Positions 35,015-44,989 of a DNA stretch of 64,000 nucleotides are shown here, in pieces (the first letter of the stretch is position 1; each line of letters begins with the position of its first letter). The notes under the pieces were generated by a model. That model made no database searches and was not told where the DNA came from. It saw only the letters and a program-made list of their open reading frames with translations. The DNA comes from a virus: positions 35,954 to 99,953 of the IMG/VR virus record IMGVR_UViG_3300021256_000006; one strand, 5' to 3'. A program made the position numbers and the translations under genes.

Positions 35015-35034
35015 CAACATCCAAACCGCATGAT

Positions 35035-38000
35035 ATGATTAAGCCGGAAAATTACTTCTTTTCACCGTCTGCCATCAGCATTGAACTGAACACAAACCTC
35101 GGTCACGAAGGGATTAACAAGTCTGAGACTTGTGCGGTCTCTGTTGCTGCTGGCTCTGCTGTTCGTTTGACGAATGAATTGACGACAAAGGCTGGTGTGA
35201 AGGTAAATGTGGGATATAATGCGCAATTGGGGTATCGCCAGTTCGTCTTTACTGGCTACAACACGGCTTTTGGCTATCCGGGAAACAAATATATTGGCGC
35301 GGCTATTCGAGTGTATGTCAGGATTGATGCTTCTAATAATGCGTCAACGGGTACTCTGGTGTTCCTACCCTATGAGGTGGACTATGATGGACGTATCTTG
35401 GACGAGGATTTTGTGGCGTATGTTGATATTGCGACAGAGCAGCACACAGAGGTGGTTGGCGGCCAAGAAAGAACTTACTACACGCTGGCAAATACGAATG
35501 AGGATAATGACTCTCACTTGTCATTCTATTATGTGCATATAGGAACCATCGCTGCACCGGAGGACGGGAACCGTATATGGGAGGAGCCACTGAATAGCGG
35601 ACGTCTCGATACGGCAAAGGGGGAGAATGAGGATGGAACGGGGGCCTGGACAAAGATGTTCAGGCTGGTCAACGGCTTGATTGAGTTGCTGCTACCTTTT
35701 AACCGCATTTTCTTCGCAACGGGGAATGCCTACATCAACCGAATCACTGAACAGGTGAATGAAGCGGTAAGCGATTTTGGCTCGTTTACCGAATGGGCGT
35801 ATGCACATACGGTTGCAACGACTCGCTCTGTGGCTTCTTATGTGGAAACGAAGTTGCAGCAACTTGATGGCAGGTTCTTCCGGAAGGATCGCCCGGATGT
35901 TTCTCCGCACATGGCCACTTTTGGCGATATGCGGATTGAGGCTGGATTGGAAAAAGGCGAAGGTGCTTCTTCCGGCTCTCTTGTTGTCGATGGCAACGCT
36001 TCTGTTGATGGAAACGCTCTCGTCAAAGGCACTTCCCGTCTGCAACGAGAACTGACGTTTGGCACAGAAGGGCAAACCGACGATTATGTACAGAACATAA
36101 AGGGCTGCAAGATTTTTTGGGATGGCTCAGGCTGGATGGTGGAGGCCGACTACATGAACATCCACAAGAAACTGTATGCAAAAACCATACAGGCAGATGA
36201 GGTGACTCATGTAGGTGGCGAGAATATCCTTTCCGATGCGAGTTGTATTGCAGATGCCGTCATTCCTTATACCGTGAATGGAACGGTAGTCTTTTGGCGA
36301 GTGTTGTTCCGCAAGAAGAACGGTGAGGACAAGACGGTATATAACCGATGGAAACGTGGAGATATGGCTTATTGTCAGGTCTTTAACGTCCAAGCAGGTA
36401 CCACGTCAGACTTTGAGAACAAATACTATTGGCGAAAGGTCATTGGTACGAACCTTTCCCCGAATCCCGAAATTGAGAATGACTCATTTAGCTCTGACGA
36501 GTACCACTACATAGACCTGTCTAACCAAGCTGGAGAGTTTGACAATGCTGGAGTAATGAGGGTAGATGTTAATGCGGGCTCGATTCCCGCAGCTGAAGAC
36601 CCGATTATTCAAGTCGGTCACATCGCTTCACCCAACGATGACCCTGCAACGGTTATCGAGCGACAAGGTGTGACCATCGTGTCAGGCGGTGGCCAATACA
36701 AGCGTTCAATCATGATGTGGGAAGGTATTGGTGGCGGCACAAATCCGTGGACGTTCCCAGAACCCAAGGTGAAGTTAAGCCCTTACGATGTACGAATCAT
36801 CGCCAATAAGTTCCTCATCAAGACCGACTACGGAGTAACATACCAACCGCCAATTAACAGAGGTGTGTGGGCTAATCTCCCTCCCGAACCAGGGCAATCA
36901 GACAACTTGCACCGTTGCTACAAGGACGATGTTTTGCAGCACAACGGAGCGACTTGGATATGTACCTACATTCAAGTGAGCGGACAGCCAGCATATACCA
37001 CCGAGGAACCTTCCGAAAATGCCGTGAACTGGCAAGTGTATGCCCAGAAAGGAATCAATGGTACTAATGCAGACGTGTGGACCATCGGCCAAGATGGCTA
37101 CTGGTATAAGAACGGAGTCAAGCAGTCAACGAAAGCCGAGGGCAAGGATGGCACGGGTATTGAACTTAGCGGTACGGTGGATGTGCTATTTATCGCAGAC
37201 AAGACCACTCAATCCCAAATTGCATTGGAAGAATTGACTGGCGTGCCCGTTGGTCAATGTTGGACGGTTAGTGCCACACGTCACTTGTATTTTTATAATG
37301 GCACACAACCTGCAGAGGCTGGCGTGAACCCACAAGGTTGGAATGACGTGGGTCTATTCCAAGGACAAGATGGTAAATCGTCCTATATGCACATTGTCTA
37401 TGCAGATAACGTCACCTTTGATGCGCAAGGGAATCCAACTTCCGCAACAGGCTTCACCATTACAAAGCAGAAGGAGGCCTATGCGTGGATGGGCTTATGC
37501 ACGAATGATTCGCAAACAGACCCCACTACCTACACGGCTTACGAATGGAACAAAGTAGAAGGTGCACAAGGCGCACAGGGAACATCTAACGCATCGCTTG
37601 TCATTTCCGACCCGATGATTGTTGTTAATGCTGATTCTTCTGGACGAGCAAAGACCGCTGTTGATAAGACCGTGACCATTACGTTCAGAGTTGGTGACAC
37701 ACAAGCAGCCCTCGTTGATTCACAAAGCAGTGGTGTGACGGGTGTTCCTACGGGTGTGCAAACAACGCTTAACTATGTGGTATATAGCGGAATACTTGTA
37801 CAGGCAACGGTGCGAATACAAATACCTTACAATAACTCTACCTTCCCCTCCACGCTCACCGTCACACTTAGCGGCATTGACCCCACAACAGGACTAACAC
37901 GCACCACAAAAGGTACAATCACATTGGTAGCACAGAGAGACGGAGACAACGGAGAAGATGCCATCAATCCCGTCCTTGACCCTCCATCTTTGCTGATTAA

Positions 38001-39921
38001 CCAAGACATTACAAGTGGACTTTTTGACTTGCCTATATACAGCACTCTGAAGGTGTATAAAGGCGGTGTAGATGATTCCGCCAACGCAAACATTGAGGGG
38101 GTGTCGGCCACTGGTTGTAGTGCTACCTATGAGCAGAACACCAAGCGCATTATTATTAACGGGTGGAGTACAGACTCACAAGGCAATTACTACCAAAGTG
38201 CGACTGTTAATGTTGTTTTCTTGTACGGTGGCGCACCACGCACCATCCAACTCAAAGTTTTTGCTAATCTCGTAGGCACTTGGAAGCAGACCATTGAGGG
38301 GGATGTAAACACTGCTATTGCACAGAAAACTACCTACACCGTCAATGGGCACAGTTACACCGTTTCGGAGAATTTGGGCACGTTTATCCAATCTTCCAGC
38401 GAAAGCATTACCAAACTTGAAGAAACCGTAGGCGACCCCGAAGACCCGACTTCGGGAACGTTGGCTTACCGCACCTCTGCCATTGAACAACACGTAGATA
38501 GAATTGACTTGTCCGTTGCAGAGGGAAATCGCAATTTGCACCCCAATCCCACATTTGCCAACTACAACCCCTACACCAACGGAACAAACCACGAATCGGG
38601 CACATTAGTAGGCAGCGTGGAATATGGCAGCACAATCGGAGCCCACACATCTATCTGGGCGAACGAAGGCGCACAACTTGTAGCCTTGAAGGTGCTTACT
38701 AACACCACAACTGCGGCAACCGTCTTGTATGCCTACAATAGCCCGACTGCCAATCCTCGCATACGTCTGACTGCTGGAAAGACCTATACATGGTCTGTGC
38801 TTGTAGCAGGGGATTTTGAGATGATTTCCGCATCCTCTGTCTTGGTTGAAGGTTCGCTGTACAACTCCAAAACAGGCGACCAACGCCAATCGCCCTGGGA
38901 ATACATTCGTGCAAACGACGCAGTTCTGTGGCGAGATTCAGCGTGGAAACAACTTTACGCCACATTCGAGATTCCTGCCAATTCCGAATACGTTTGGTTT
39001 TCATGGATCCCACTTATTGAAGTCCTTGCTGGCGCAACAGGTAGAATTGTGTATGGCGGCATCCGTCTTGAAGAAGGAACAAAGCCAACCATCATCAACT
39101 ACAACGGTACAGAAGACAAACTTGTCAAAACGGGCATCAATATTGAGAACCACACGATTCGACACACTGCCGACAACTTCATCGTGGAGAACAATCAAGG
39201 TGAACGCACAGCGTGGATAGACAGGTTGGGCAACTTGGGCACGAGCGGAAATGTCTTTACTGGCTTGACGGAGATTAAATCCTCGTCCTTTAATGCTTAT
39301 TTCACAAGTGCGGAATATGATGATATATGGCAAGATGGGGGTGAATATGATTATATCGAGGAAAATGAATATCGTCTCGTTAAAGCAGGAGATGATTATT
39401 TCATTGCCGCTGGCTTGTTTCTCATTCCTGACATCTTCTTGCTTTCCGACATTGTTGTGTTTGACAATTCGTTGCCAACGAGCGGAGACCCCAGGCAAAT
39501 CCTTCTTCCATTCGCCTTGCCACGTTTGTACAGCAATACTGGATATATAGCTGATGTGGTGCGGACAAAGACCAATTACAAGGTAGGTACAGCGCACTTG
39601 CTTGATATGATGGAGTTGTATATGCTTGAAGGGAAGGAATTTACATTTATGACAAAACAAACCATTCAGAACATGTGGCTATTCCGCTTCCCTCGCCTTG
39701 AAGAGCATACAGACAGCGATGGCATGAAATACTACACGCTTGACGAAGAGCACCCGTTTGATACAAAAGACTTTGGAACAAATCCTTTATTAACTATTCA
39801 ATATAAACGATTGCGATTCCAAATCCCCAACGGTGCAGGAGTACTCTACACAGACGGGATAGTGCCAGTCATAAGTCAAACGGGCAACGGATTTTTGTAC
39901 AACAATATAACAGGATTCTAA
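35035..39921 (+). CDS. large tail fibre / host-recognition protein
   Basis: 1628 aa from ATG 35035. It has short collagen-like and G-x-y stretches ('GKDGTGIEL', 'GQDGKSSY', 'GAQGAQGTS'), a beta-rich repetitive composition, and sits upstream of small fibre-like genes. Confidence 0.65.
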   Translation: MIKPENYFFSPSAISIELNTNLGHEGINKSETCAVSVAAGSAVRLTNELTTKAGVKVNVGYNAQLGYRQFVFTGYNTAFGYPGNKYIGAAIRVYVRIDASNNASTGTLVFLPYEVDYDGRILDEDFVAYVDIATEQHTEVVGGQERTYYTLANTNEDNDSHLSFYYVHIGTIAAPEDGNRIWEEPLNSGRLDTAKGENEDGTGAWTKMFRLVNGLIELLLPFNRIFFATGNAYINRITEQVNEAVSDFGSFTEWAYAHTVATTRSVASYVETKLQQLDGRFFRKDRPDVSPHMATFGDMRIEAGLEKGEGASSGSLVVDGNASVDGNALVKGTSRLQRELTFGTEGQTDDYVQNIKGCKIFWDGSGWMVEADYMNIHKKLYAKTIQADEVTHVGGENILSDASCIADAVIPYTVNGTVVFWRVLFRKKNGEDKTVYNRWKRGDMAYCQVFNVQAGTTSDFENKYYWRKVIGTNLSPNPEIENDSFSSDEYHYIDLSNQAGEFDNAGVMRVDVNAGSIPAAEDPIIQVGHIASPNDDPATVIERQGVTIVSGGGQYKRSIMMWEGIGGGTNPWTFPEPKVKLSPYDVRIIANKFLIKTDYGVTYQPPINRGVWANLPPEPGQSDNLHRCYKDDVLQHNGATWICTYIQVSGQPAYTTEEPSENAVNWQVYAQKGINGTNADVWTIGQDGYWYKNGVKQSTKAEGKDGTGIELSGTVDVLFIADKTTQSQIALEELTGVPVGQCWTVSATRHLYFYNGTQPAEAGVNPQGWNDVGLFQGQDGKSSYMHIVYADNVTFDAQGNPTSATGFTITKQKEAYAWMGLCTNDSQTDPTTYTAYEWNKVEGAQGAQGTSNASLVISDPMIVVNADSSGRAKTAVDKTVTITFRVGDTQAALVDSQSSGVTGVPTGVQTTLNYVVYSGILVQATVRIQIPYNNSTFPSTLTVTLSGIDPTTGLTRTTKGTITLVAQRDGDNGEDAINPVLDPPSLLINQDITSGLFDLPIYSTLKVYKGGVDDSANANIEGVSATGCSATYEQNTKRIIINGWSTDSQGNYYQSATVNVVFLYGGAPRTIQLKVFANLVGTWKQTIEGDVNTAIAQKTTYTVNGHSYTVSENLGTFIQSSSESITKLEETVGDPEDPTSGTLAYRTSAIEQHVDRIDLSVAEGNRNLHPNPTFANYNPYTNGTNHESGTLVGSVEYGSTIGAHTSIWANEGAQLVALKVLTNTTTAATVLYAYNSPTANPRIRLTAGKTYTWSVLVAGDFEMISASSVLVEGSLYNSKTGDQRQSPWEYIRANDAVLWRDSAWKQLYATFEIPANSEYVWFSWIPLIEVLAGATGRIVYGGIRLEEGTKPTIINYNGTEDKLVKTGINIENHTIRHTADNFIVENNQGERTAWIDRLGNLGTSGNVFTGLTEIKSSSFNAYFTSAEYDDIWQDGGEYDYIEENEYRLVKAGDDYFIAAGLFLIPDIFLLSDIVVFDNSLPTSGDPRQILLPFALPRLYSNTGYIADVVRTKTNYKVGTAHLLDMMELYMLEGKEFTFMTKQTIQNMWLFRFPRLEEHTDSDGMKYYTLDEEHPFDTKDFGTNPLLTIQYKRLRFQIPNGAGVLYTDGIVPVISQTGNGFLYNNITGF

Positions 39922-39940
39922 CCATTAAAACGAATACATT

Positions 39941-40573
39941 ATGAGCGAAAATAGACAAATGACAATGGGCGGCATCCCTGTTGATGTAGCCGACGAAACA
40001 GCAAGAGCAGCCATCGCCGCCATTCAAGCCCTTATTCCCTCCGAAGCATCGGAAAGCAACCAGCTCGCAGACAAGAATTTTGTCAACTCTACGGTTGCAA
40101 CCAACACGGCGACCTTCCGTGGCACATATAACCTTGTTTCCGACTTAGGCTTGACCATATCTGCCACGCAACAACAGATTGCTGCCGCATTGGCTACCGA
40201 GGTGGACGTGGCAGACAACAACGACTACGCCTATGTGCAGATTCCCACATCCGCACAAAGACCTACGGAGATAGCAAGGATAGACCGATACAAGTTCAAC
40301 GGCACAGCATGGGGGTTTGAGTACACGCTAAATAATTCTGGCTTTACGGCAGACCAATGGGCTGCAATCAACTCCTACATCACGTCCGACTTGGTTTACA
40401 AGTTGCAACGCCTACCCGATTCCAATACTCTGAGCACCTTGCTGAGCGGCAAGCAAGACGTTATTTCAGACCTCGCAGCGATTCGTGCTGGCGCACAAGC
40501 AGGTGCAACGGCACTCCAACCTTCTGACATTTCTGTAGGGGCAGTGATAACCGATATAACAACAATACTATAA
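39941..40573 (+). CDS. fibre-associated protein with C-terminal VITDITTIL motif
   Basis: 210 aa with an Ala-rich coiled N-terminus. It shares a C-terminal peptide with the next gene product. Confidence 0.55.
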   Translation: MSENRQMTMGGIPVDVADETARAAIAAIQALIPSEASESNQLADKNFVNSTVATNTATFRGTYNLVSDLGLTISATQQQIAAALATEVDVADNNDYAYVQIPTSAQRPTEIARIDRYKFNGTAWGFEYTLNNSGFTADQWAAINSYITSDLVYKLQRLPDSNTLSTLLSGKQDVISDLAAIRAGAQAGATALQPSDISVGAVITDITTIL

Positions 40574-40583
40574 CTATAAGACT

Positions 40584-41156
40584 ATGGCAGACTCAGTAAA
40601 TATCAAGCACGTATTTGGCAACCCTCTCCAAATAGCCATCCCTCTCACACAAAGAATAAGAACGTTGGAGGGCGGGCAAGAGATTGAACGCACGGAGGAT
40701 TTCTTCCCTTCTGGTGATGTAAAAGTCGTATTGTGGAGTAACATAAGGACATACGAATACATCGCCACTATGGATGGAAATGTGGCGATTATAACCGATG
40801 ATAAGGGAGAGGTGAGTAGCGGTCTATATGGGGTGACGATTACTTGTTTAGACCAAGAGGGAAAATCGCGAAGATTTGCAATTGCTGATGCAATAAAGAT
40901 AGTCACCTATACAGCAGATGCAGGGATAGTTGCAGGAGTTGAGTTTAATGCGGAAACATATACACTTGAAGGTGCGGTCTTCTTTTATGCCAAGGGAGAA
41001 AAGGGTGATAAAGGCGACCCATTCACTTATGAAGACTTTACTCCTGCACAGATAGCGGAATTGCAAAAGCCTGCAACCGATGCTGCACAAATGGTAAATG
41101 AAACATTATCACACTACATTGGGAACGTGATAACCGACATAACTGATATTCTTTAA
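40584..41156 (+). CDS. fibre-associated protein with a collagen-like triplet run and C-terminal VITDITDIL motif
   Basis: 190 aa, with 'GEKGDKGDP' and a shared C-terminal peptide. Confidence 0.55.
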   Translation: MADSVNIKHVFGNPLQIAIPLTQRIRTLEGGQEIERTEDFFPSGDVKVVLWSNIRTYEYIATMDGNVAIITDDKGEVSSGLYGVTITCLDQEGKSRRFAIADAIKIVTYTADAGIVAGVEFNAETYTLEGAVFFYAKGEKGDKGDPFTYEDFTPAQIAELQKPATDAAQMVNETLSHYIGNVITDITDIL

Positions 41157-41175
41157 CTAATTAAATTATAAGACT

Positions 41176-43065
41176 ATGACTAAAGAAATAAGACCATTGC
41201 AGCGGTATAATGCGAATACCGAACAGACAGAAATTTTCTATCCTGCCACAACGACCGACGCGATTGCGCACCCCACAAAAAGAAAGTCGCTAACAAACGT
41301 GATTTCTGACATAGAAGCAAGTATTGCCGACATCGAGACGATTGCCGAGGGCTATGTGCGTGTGGCTGGTTCGTCAAGTCCTGCTCTCTCTTACAAGTCA
41401 TACAAGTATCACGAACAGGGCGGCTTCGGACGTGAATCTGTGTTCTCGCTGTTCTACCCCTGTCTGGTGGGAACACCGCTGACAGGCAGTGGCACAGAAG
41501 GCAAGGTGCTTCATGTGCTTCAGAAGTTCGGTGCAAGAACTATCGACGGAAGCCCGAAATGGCTTGACATCTACGGAACACCTCATGCCATCGACGGCTC
41601 GGAGGGTGACGTGCTGATTGTGAACATTGAACCATTTTACAGCATCAACGGCAAGCACACAATCGAGGGCACGGAGTATGATGTATTCCTGATGTCGCGC
41701 TCACCATTCACCTGGCAGGGCATCGAGGCAGAGCACATGGAGAAGTTCGGATGGAGCCCTGACTACTGCGTGAGCCATACGGACACCGACAACGTGGTGC
41801 GTATGCACTCAGTTTATAACCCTGCGTGGAACGGATCATACCAAGCACCTCAAGGCGTGACTGGCAAGTACGTCTATACCACCGACCCTGAGACGGGCGA
41901 CATTGTGGAAACCTATGATGCAAACGAGACACTGCTGGGTGGTGCAGGTGGCTTGCACTCTACTGACATCGACCTGACTACGGGTGAACAACGAGCCATG
42001 AACATGAACGCTGACCCGACGAAGACCGTGCCATGGATGAACCAGACGGCAGAGGGTTGCAACCGACTGATGTCGCTGATACTGGCAGAGGGTGGCACGT
42101 TCGATGCGCACAACGCAGCTCGTATGGGTAGTGGTTTCTCATCCAATGACCCCGCCACCGCAGCAGGCGACTGGGAACAGGCGGGCAGCGGTGCGAAGAA
42201 CGGTTTGCGCGTGAAGGACAAGAACGACGCATGGAAGTACTACGGAATGAACGGCAACGTCCGCTTCCTGACGGGTGCAACGTCGGGTGCGGTGTATGCT
42301 GCCAACGTTATCAACTCTTGGCGAAATCCGTGGCACATTCTGGAGGCGCACCGTGCGATGTCGTATGCTATTGAGAACGACGTGCACGAGCTGGAGTGGT
42401 TTGTGTTCGAGGGCAACAAGTACAAGTACCGCAGCGTGCAAGGCTTCAACGGTCCGAGTCACGGAGAAATGACCTGTGTGGTGTGGAAGCTCATGGCAAC
42501 ACAGGCTGGTGCCAATGCCATCGACCCGACAGACAACGCAACGAGCATCGCAGGCAATCGCGTGGAAATACTCGTCAGCACAGCACTCGTTCACGGCATG
42601 ACTACGCAGGTATCACCTTCGTGGTGGACTTCAGGACTGCTGTTCACGGAAGATGAGAGCGGACAGTATGAGTGCTTCATTGAGCGCGACCAGGCAGAAC
42701 TGGTGAAGGGCATTGCCGCTGACAATTACGACCCAGCAACACCACGAAACTTCGAGACTATCTACGATCATGTGCTCACCGTACAGAAGGGCGAAGGCTA
42801 CGCTAAGAACTATCTGAACGGAGCGCTGATGCTGCCTGATACCAATGCCAACAAGACTGGGGCAGGCTTGCATACCTATGTTGGCAAATACAACTGGTTT
42901 ACGGGTAGCAATGCAAGTGCTGGGAAGCGGTCGGTCCGTGGCTTCCGGCGCGGCGCCCTCGCTAACTACGCGGTCCTGTCTCCGTTGGCGCTGAACGCTT
43001 ACTACTCGCCCTCGGGCGCGGGCACGGGCCTCGGCTTCGGCACCTGTTGTCGCATAGCGGAATAG
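41176..43065 (+). CDS. DGR target protein with a C-terminal variable (C-type-lectin-like) region
   Basis: The last ~40 codons (42927-43049) form the variable repeat matching the template repeat at 43299-43421. The TR-encoded 'RGFRRGNNANNTN...NIGFGN' follows the usual Asn(AAC)-rich CLec-type pattern. Confidence 0.85.
   Translation: MTKEIRPLQRYNANTEQTEIFYPATTTDAIAHPTKRKSLTNVISDIEASIADIETIAEGYVRVAGSSSPALSYKSYKYHEQGGFGRESVFSLFYPCLVGTPLTGSGTEGKVLHVLQKFGARTIDGSPKWLDIYGTPHAIDGSEGDVLIVNIEPFYSINGKHTIEGTEYDVFLMSRSPFTWQGIEAEHMEKFGWSPDYCVSHTDTDNVVRMHSVYNPAWNGSYQAPQGVTGKYVYTTDPETGDIVETYDANETLLGGAGGLHSTDIDLTTGEQRAMNMNADPTKTVPWMNQTAEGCNRLMSLILAEGGTFDAHNAARMGSGFSSNDPATAAGDWEQAGSGAKNGLRVKDKNDAWKYYGMNGNVRFLTGATSGAVYAANVINSWRNPWHILEAHRAMSYAIENDVHELEWFVFEGNKYKYRSVQGFNGPSHGEMTCVVWKLMATQAGANAIDPTDNATSIAGNRVEILVSTALVHGMTTQVSPSWWTSGLLFTEDESGQYECFIERDQAELVKGIAADNYDPATPRNFETIYDHVLTVQKGEGYAKNYLNGALMLPDTNANKTGAGLHTYVGKYNWFTGSNASAGKRSVRGFRRGALANYAVLSPLALNAYYSPSGAGTGLGFGTCCRIAE
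42927..43049 (+). repeat. DGR variable repeat (VR)
   Basis: 123 nt collinear with the TR at a constant offset of 372 nt. All 24 differences fall at TR adenines. Confidence 0.9.
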
Positions 43066-43109
43066 AAAACGTAAACCCCGCGAGCAAGGCGAGCGCGAAA
43101 ACGAAAACT

Positions 43110-43126
43110 GCGCGGCTGAGCCGCGC
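43110..43126 (+). other. GC-rich hairpin downstream of the VR
   Basis: GCGCGGC-TGA-GCCGCGC, a 7-bp stem about 60 nt after the VR end. It may be the DGR target-recognition hairpin or cruciform. Confidence 0.4.
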
Positions 43127-43155
43127 CCGCTGAGCAATAGCGAAGGCTATAATAC

Positions 43156-43174
43156 TGCCGCAAGGCGGCATTTT
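43156..43174 (+). terminator. Rho-independent terminator after the DGR target gene
   Basis: TGCCGC-AAG-GCGGCA followed by TTTT. Confidence 0.5.
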
Positions 43175-43298
43175 GCCCGAATAGTGTGGAGATGTGGTGC
43201 GACATCGTTGAAGCAAAAATCCATGCCACCGACCAAAGCGCACAAGGGAATCGGAGTACCCGTCAGGTGGTGAGGTTGAAATAAGGCGGCTGCACTGT

Positions 43299-43421
43299 AC
43301 GGTCGGTCCGTGGCTTCCGGCGCGGCAACAACGCTAACAACACGAACCTGTCTCCGTTGACGATGAACGCTAACAACTCGCCCTCGAACGCGAACACGAA
43401 CATCGGCTTCGGCAACTGAAA
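43299..43421 (+). repeat. DGR template repeat (TR)
   Basis: Non-coding copy of the VR. It holds 33 adenines, 24 of which differ in the VR. In the VR frame it is rich in AAC codons. Confidence 0.9.
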
Positions 43422-43621
43422 CGCAGTAACGAAATACATAAGCCCTCCAATGCTTGACCTGAGCATGAAGAGGCAGGTGCAGAGCCTCGCTGACGAAGAG
43501 AGCGGAACAACGCAGGAAAAGGTGCTAAGACCACCAGCCGACCGCGCAAGAATGAGCGAAGGAAAGGGTAGGCTGCAAGGCGTTCAAAAACCTTGCTATC
43601 GGCGCAACAGGTCATAAAGCG

Positions 43622-43642
43622 TTCAGCGGTTCCCCCGCTGAA
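43622..43642 (+). repeat. 8-bp-stem hairpin (TTCAGCGG-TTCCC-CCGCTGAA) 18 nt upstream of the RT start
   Basis: Identical 17-nt core, located in the TR-RT spacer. Confidence 0.8.
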
Positions 43643-43659
43643 AAACAAAGAAAAGAACA

Positions 43660-44988
43660 ATGGGGACATCCACATGGAACAACATCACCACCGGCCTTCA
43701 CGCTGCTGTATATGACAGCTACATGGCCAAGAGCTCACGCCAACGCGCCAAGCGTGAGGTGGTGGAGGTCATGGCAGATGTGGACGGGTTCTGCCAACGG
43801 AAGCAGGCAGAGCTGGCAAGCGGCAGCTACCATGTGGGTGACTATCGTCACTTCCAGTTGAAGGACAAGAAGAAGGAGCGTAGCATCTCTGTACTGCCCT
43901 ATGAAGACCGCTGCGTGCAGAATGCTATCAAGGATGCCATAGAGCCGCTATTGCTCCGTCAGATGACCGACGACATGATGGGAGGTCTGCCTGGTTGCGG
44001 CGTGCTGGCAAGCGACAAGCGGCACCAGGTGGTGGCACGGATGCGGGTGATGCTGAACGACCGCTCGCTGAGGTATTGCTTGCAAGGTGACATCGAGAAG
44101 TTCTACGACCATGTGGATAATGTCATCAGTATGCGGCTCATTGAGAAGCAGGTGAAAGACAAGCGCACAAGGGCGGTTATCCGTCAACACCTCTTCAACC
44201 AGAAGCGGCTCGCTATTGGTGATCCATTCAGTCACCTTATCGCCAATCTCAATACGTCGGTCATTATTCGCAAGGCAAAGGAGTTGTACGGCAATAGCAT
44301 CAAGGTGGTCAATTTTGCCGACGACTTCATAGCCTTCAGCAGAGACAAGACAATCCTCAATGCCCTGCGGAAAGATATGAAGATATGGGCAAAGGCGATG
44401 CGGTTGCATTACAAGCCGATGTACGTGCGTCCCATAGACCCGCAACCAGGAAAGGAATACAACCCTATTATCTTCTGCGGCTACAAGTGCGGGCGTGGTT
44501 ATGTTCACCTCACCCCGCGCACTAAGAAACGATACGTCAAGACCCGACACAAGGAACGCAGTATTGGCTCCTATCAGGGCATTATCGGCGTGGCTGACAC
44601 GAAACATCTGAGACTAAAAGTACAAATTAACGATAACAAAACTATGAGCGAGAAAATCAGGCGACCATTTGCAGGACGCCCCATGAAGATAGAAACGATG
44701 GAAGGTATCAACCACACCATTGTGGACTTTCAGAAACGCAGCAGCAATCAGAAGGACTGCGACAGTTACTATCACATCCAGGCACTTGCCGACGGGCTGG
44801 GGCTAATAGTCTATTCGACGGGCGCACAGAAAATCTGCAAGTATCTCGACACCAAGAGAAGGACGGACATCCCATTGCGTGACATGAAGATAGTGCACGA
44901 CTGGAGTGGATTCTACTACGATGGCACCGTATATACCGATGCCGAGGAAGAGGAAATGATTCGCAAACAATTTAACATATCGAAATAA
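43660..44988 (+). CDS. DGR reverse transcriptase
   Basis: RT motifs 'ISVLPYEDRCVQNAI', 'LQGDIEKFYDHVD', 'IGDPFSHLIANL' and 'VNFADDFIAF' (YxDD equivalent). It lies directly downstream of the TR. Confidence 0.9.
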   Translation: MGTSTWNNITTGLHAAVYDSYMAKSSRQRAKREVVEVMADVDGFCQRKQAELASGSYHVGDYRHFQLKDKKKERSISVLPYEDRCVQNAIKDAIEPLLLRQMTDDMMGGLPGCGVLASDKRHQVVARMRVMLNDRSLRYCLQGDIEKFYDHVDNVISMRLIEKQVKDKRTRAVIRQHLFNQKRLAIGDPFSHLIANLNTSVIIRKAKELYGNSIKVVNFADDFIAFSRDKTILNALRKDMKIWAKAMRLHYKPMYVRPIDPQPGKEYNPIIFCGYKCGRGYVHLTPRTKKRYVKTRHKERSIGSYQGIIGVADTKHLRLKVQINDNKTMSEKIRRPFAGRPMKIETMEGINHTIVDFQKRSSNQKDCDSYYHIQALADGLGLIVYSTGAQKICKYLDTKRRTDIPLRDMKIVHDWSGFYYDGTVYTDAEEEEMIRKQFNISK

Positions 44989-44989
44989 T

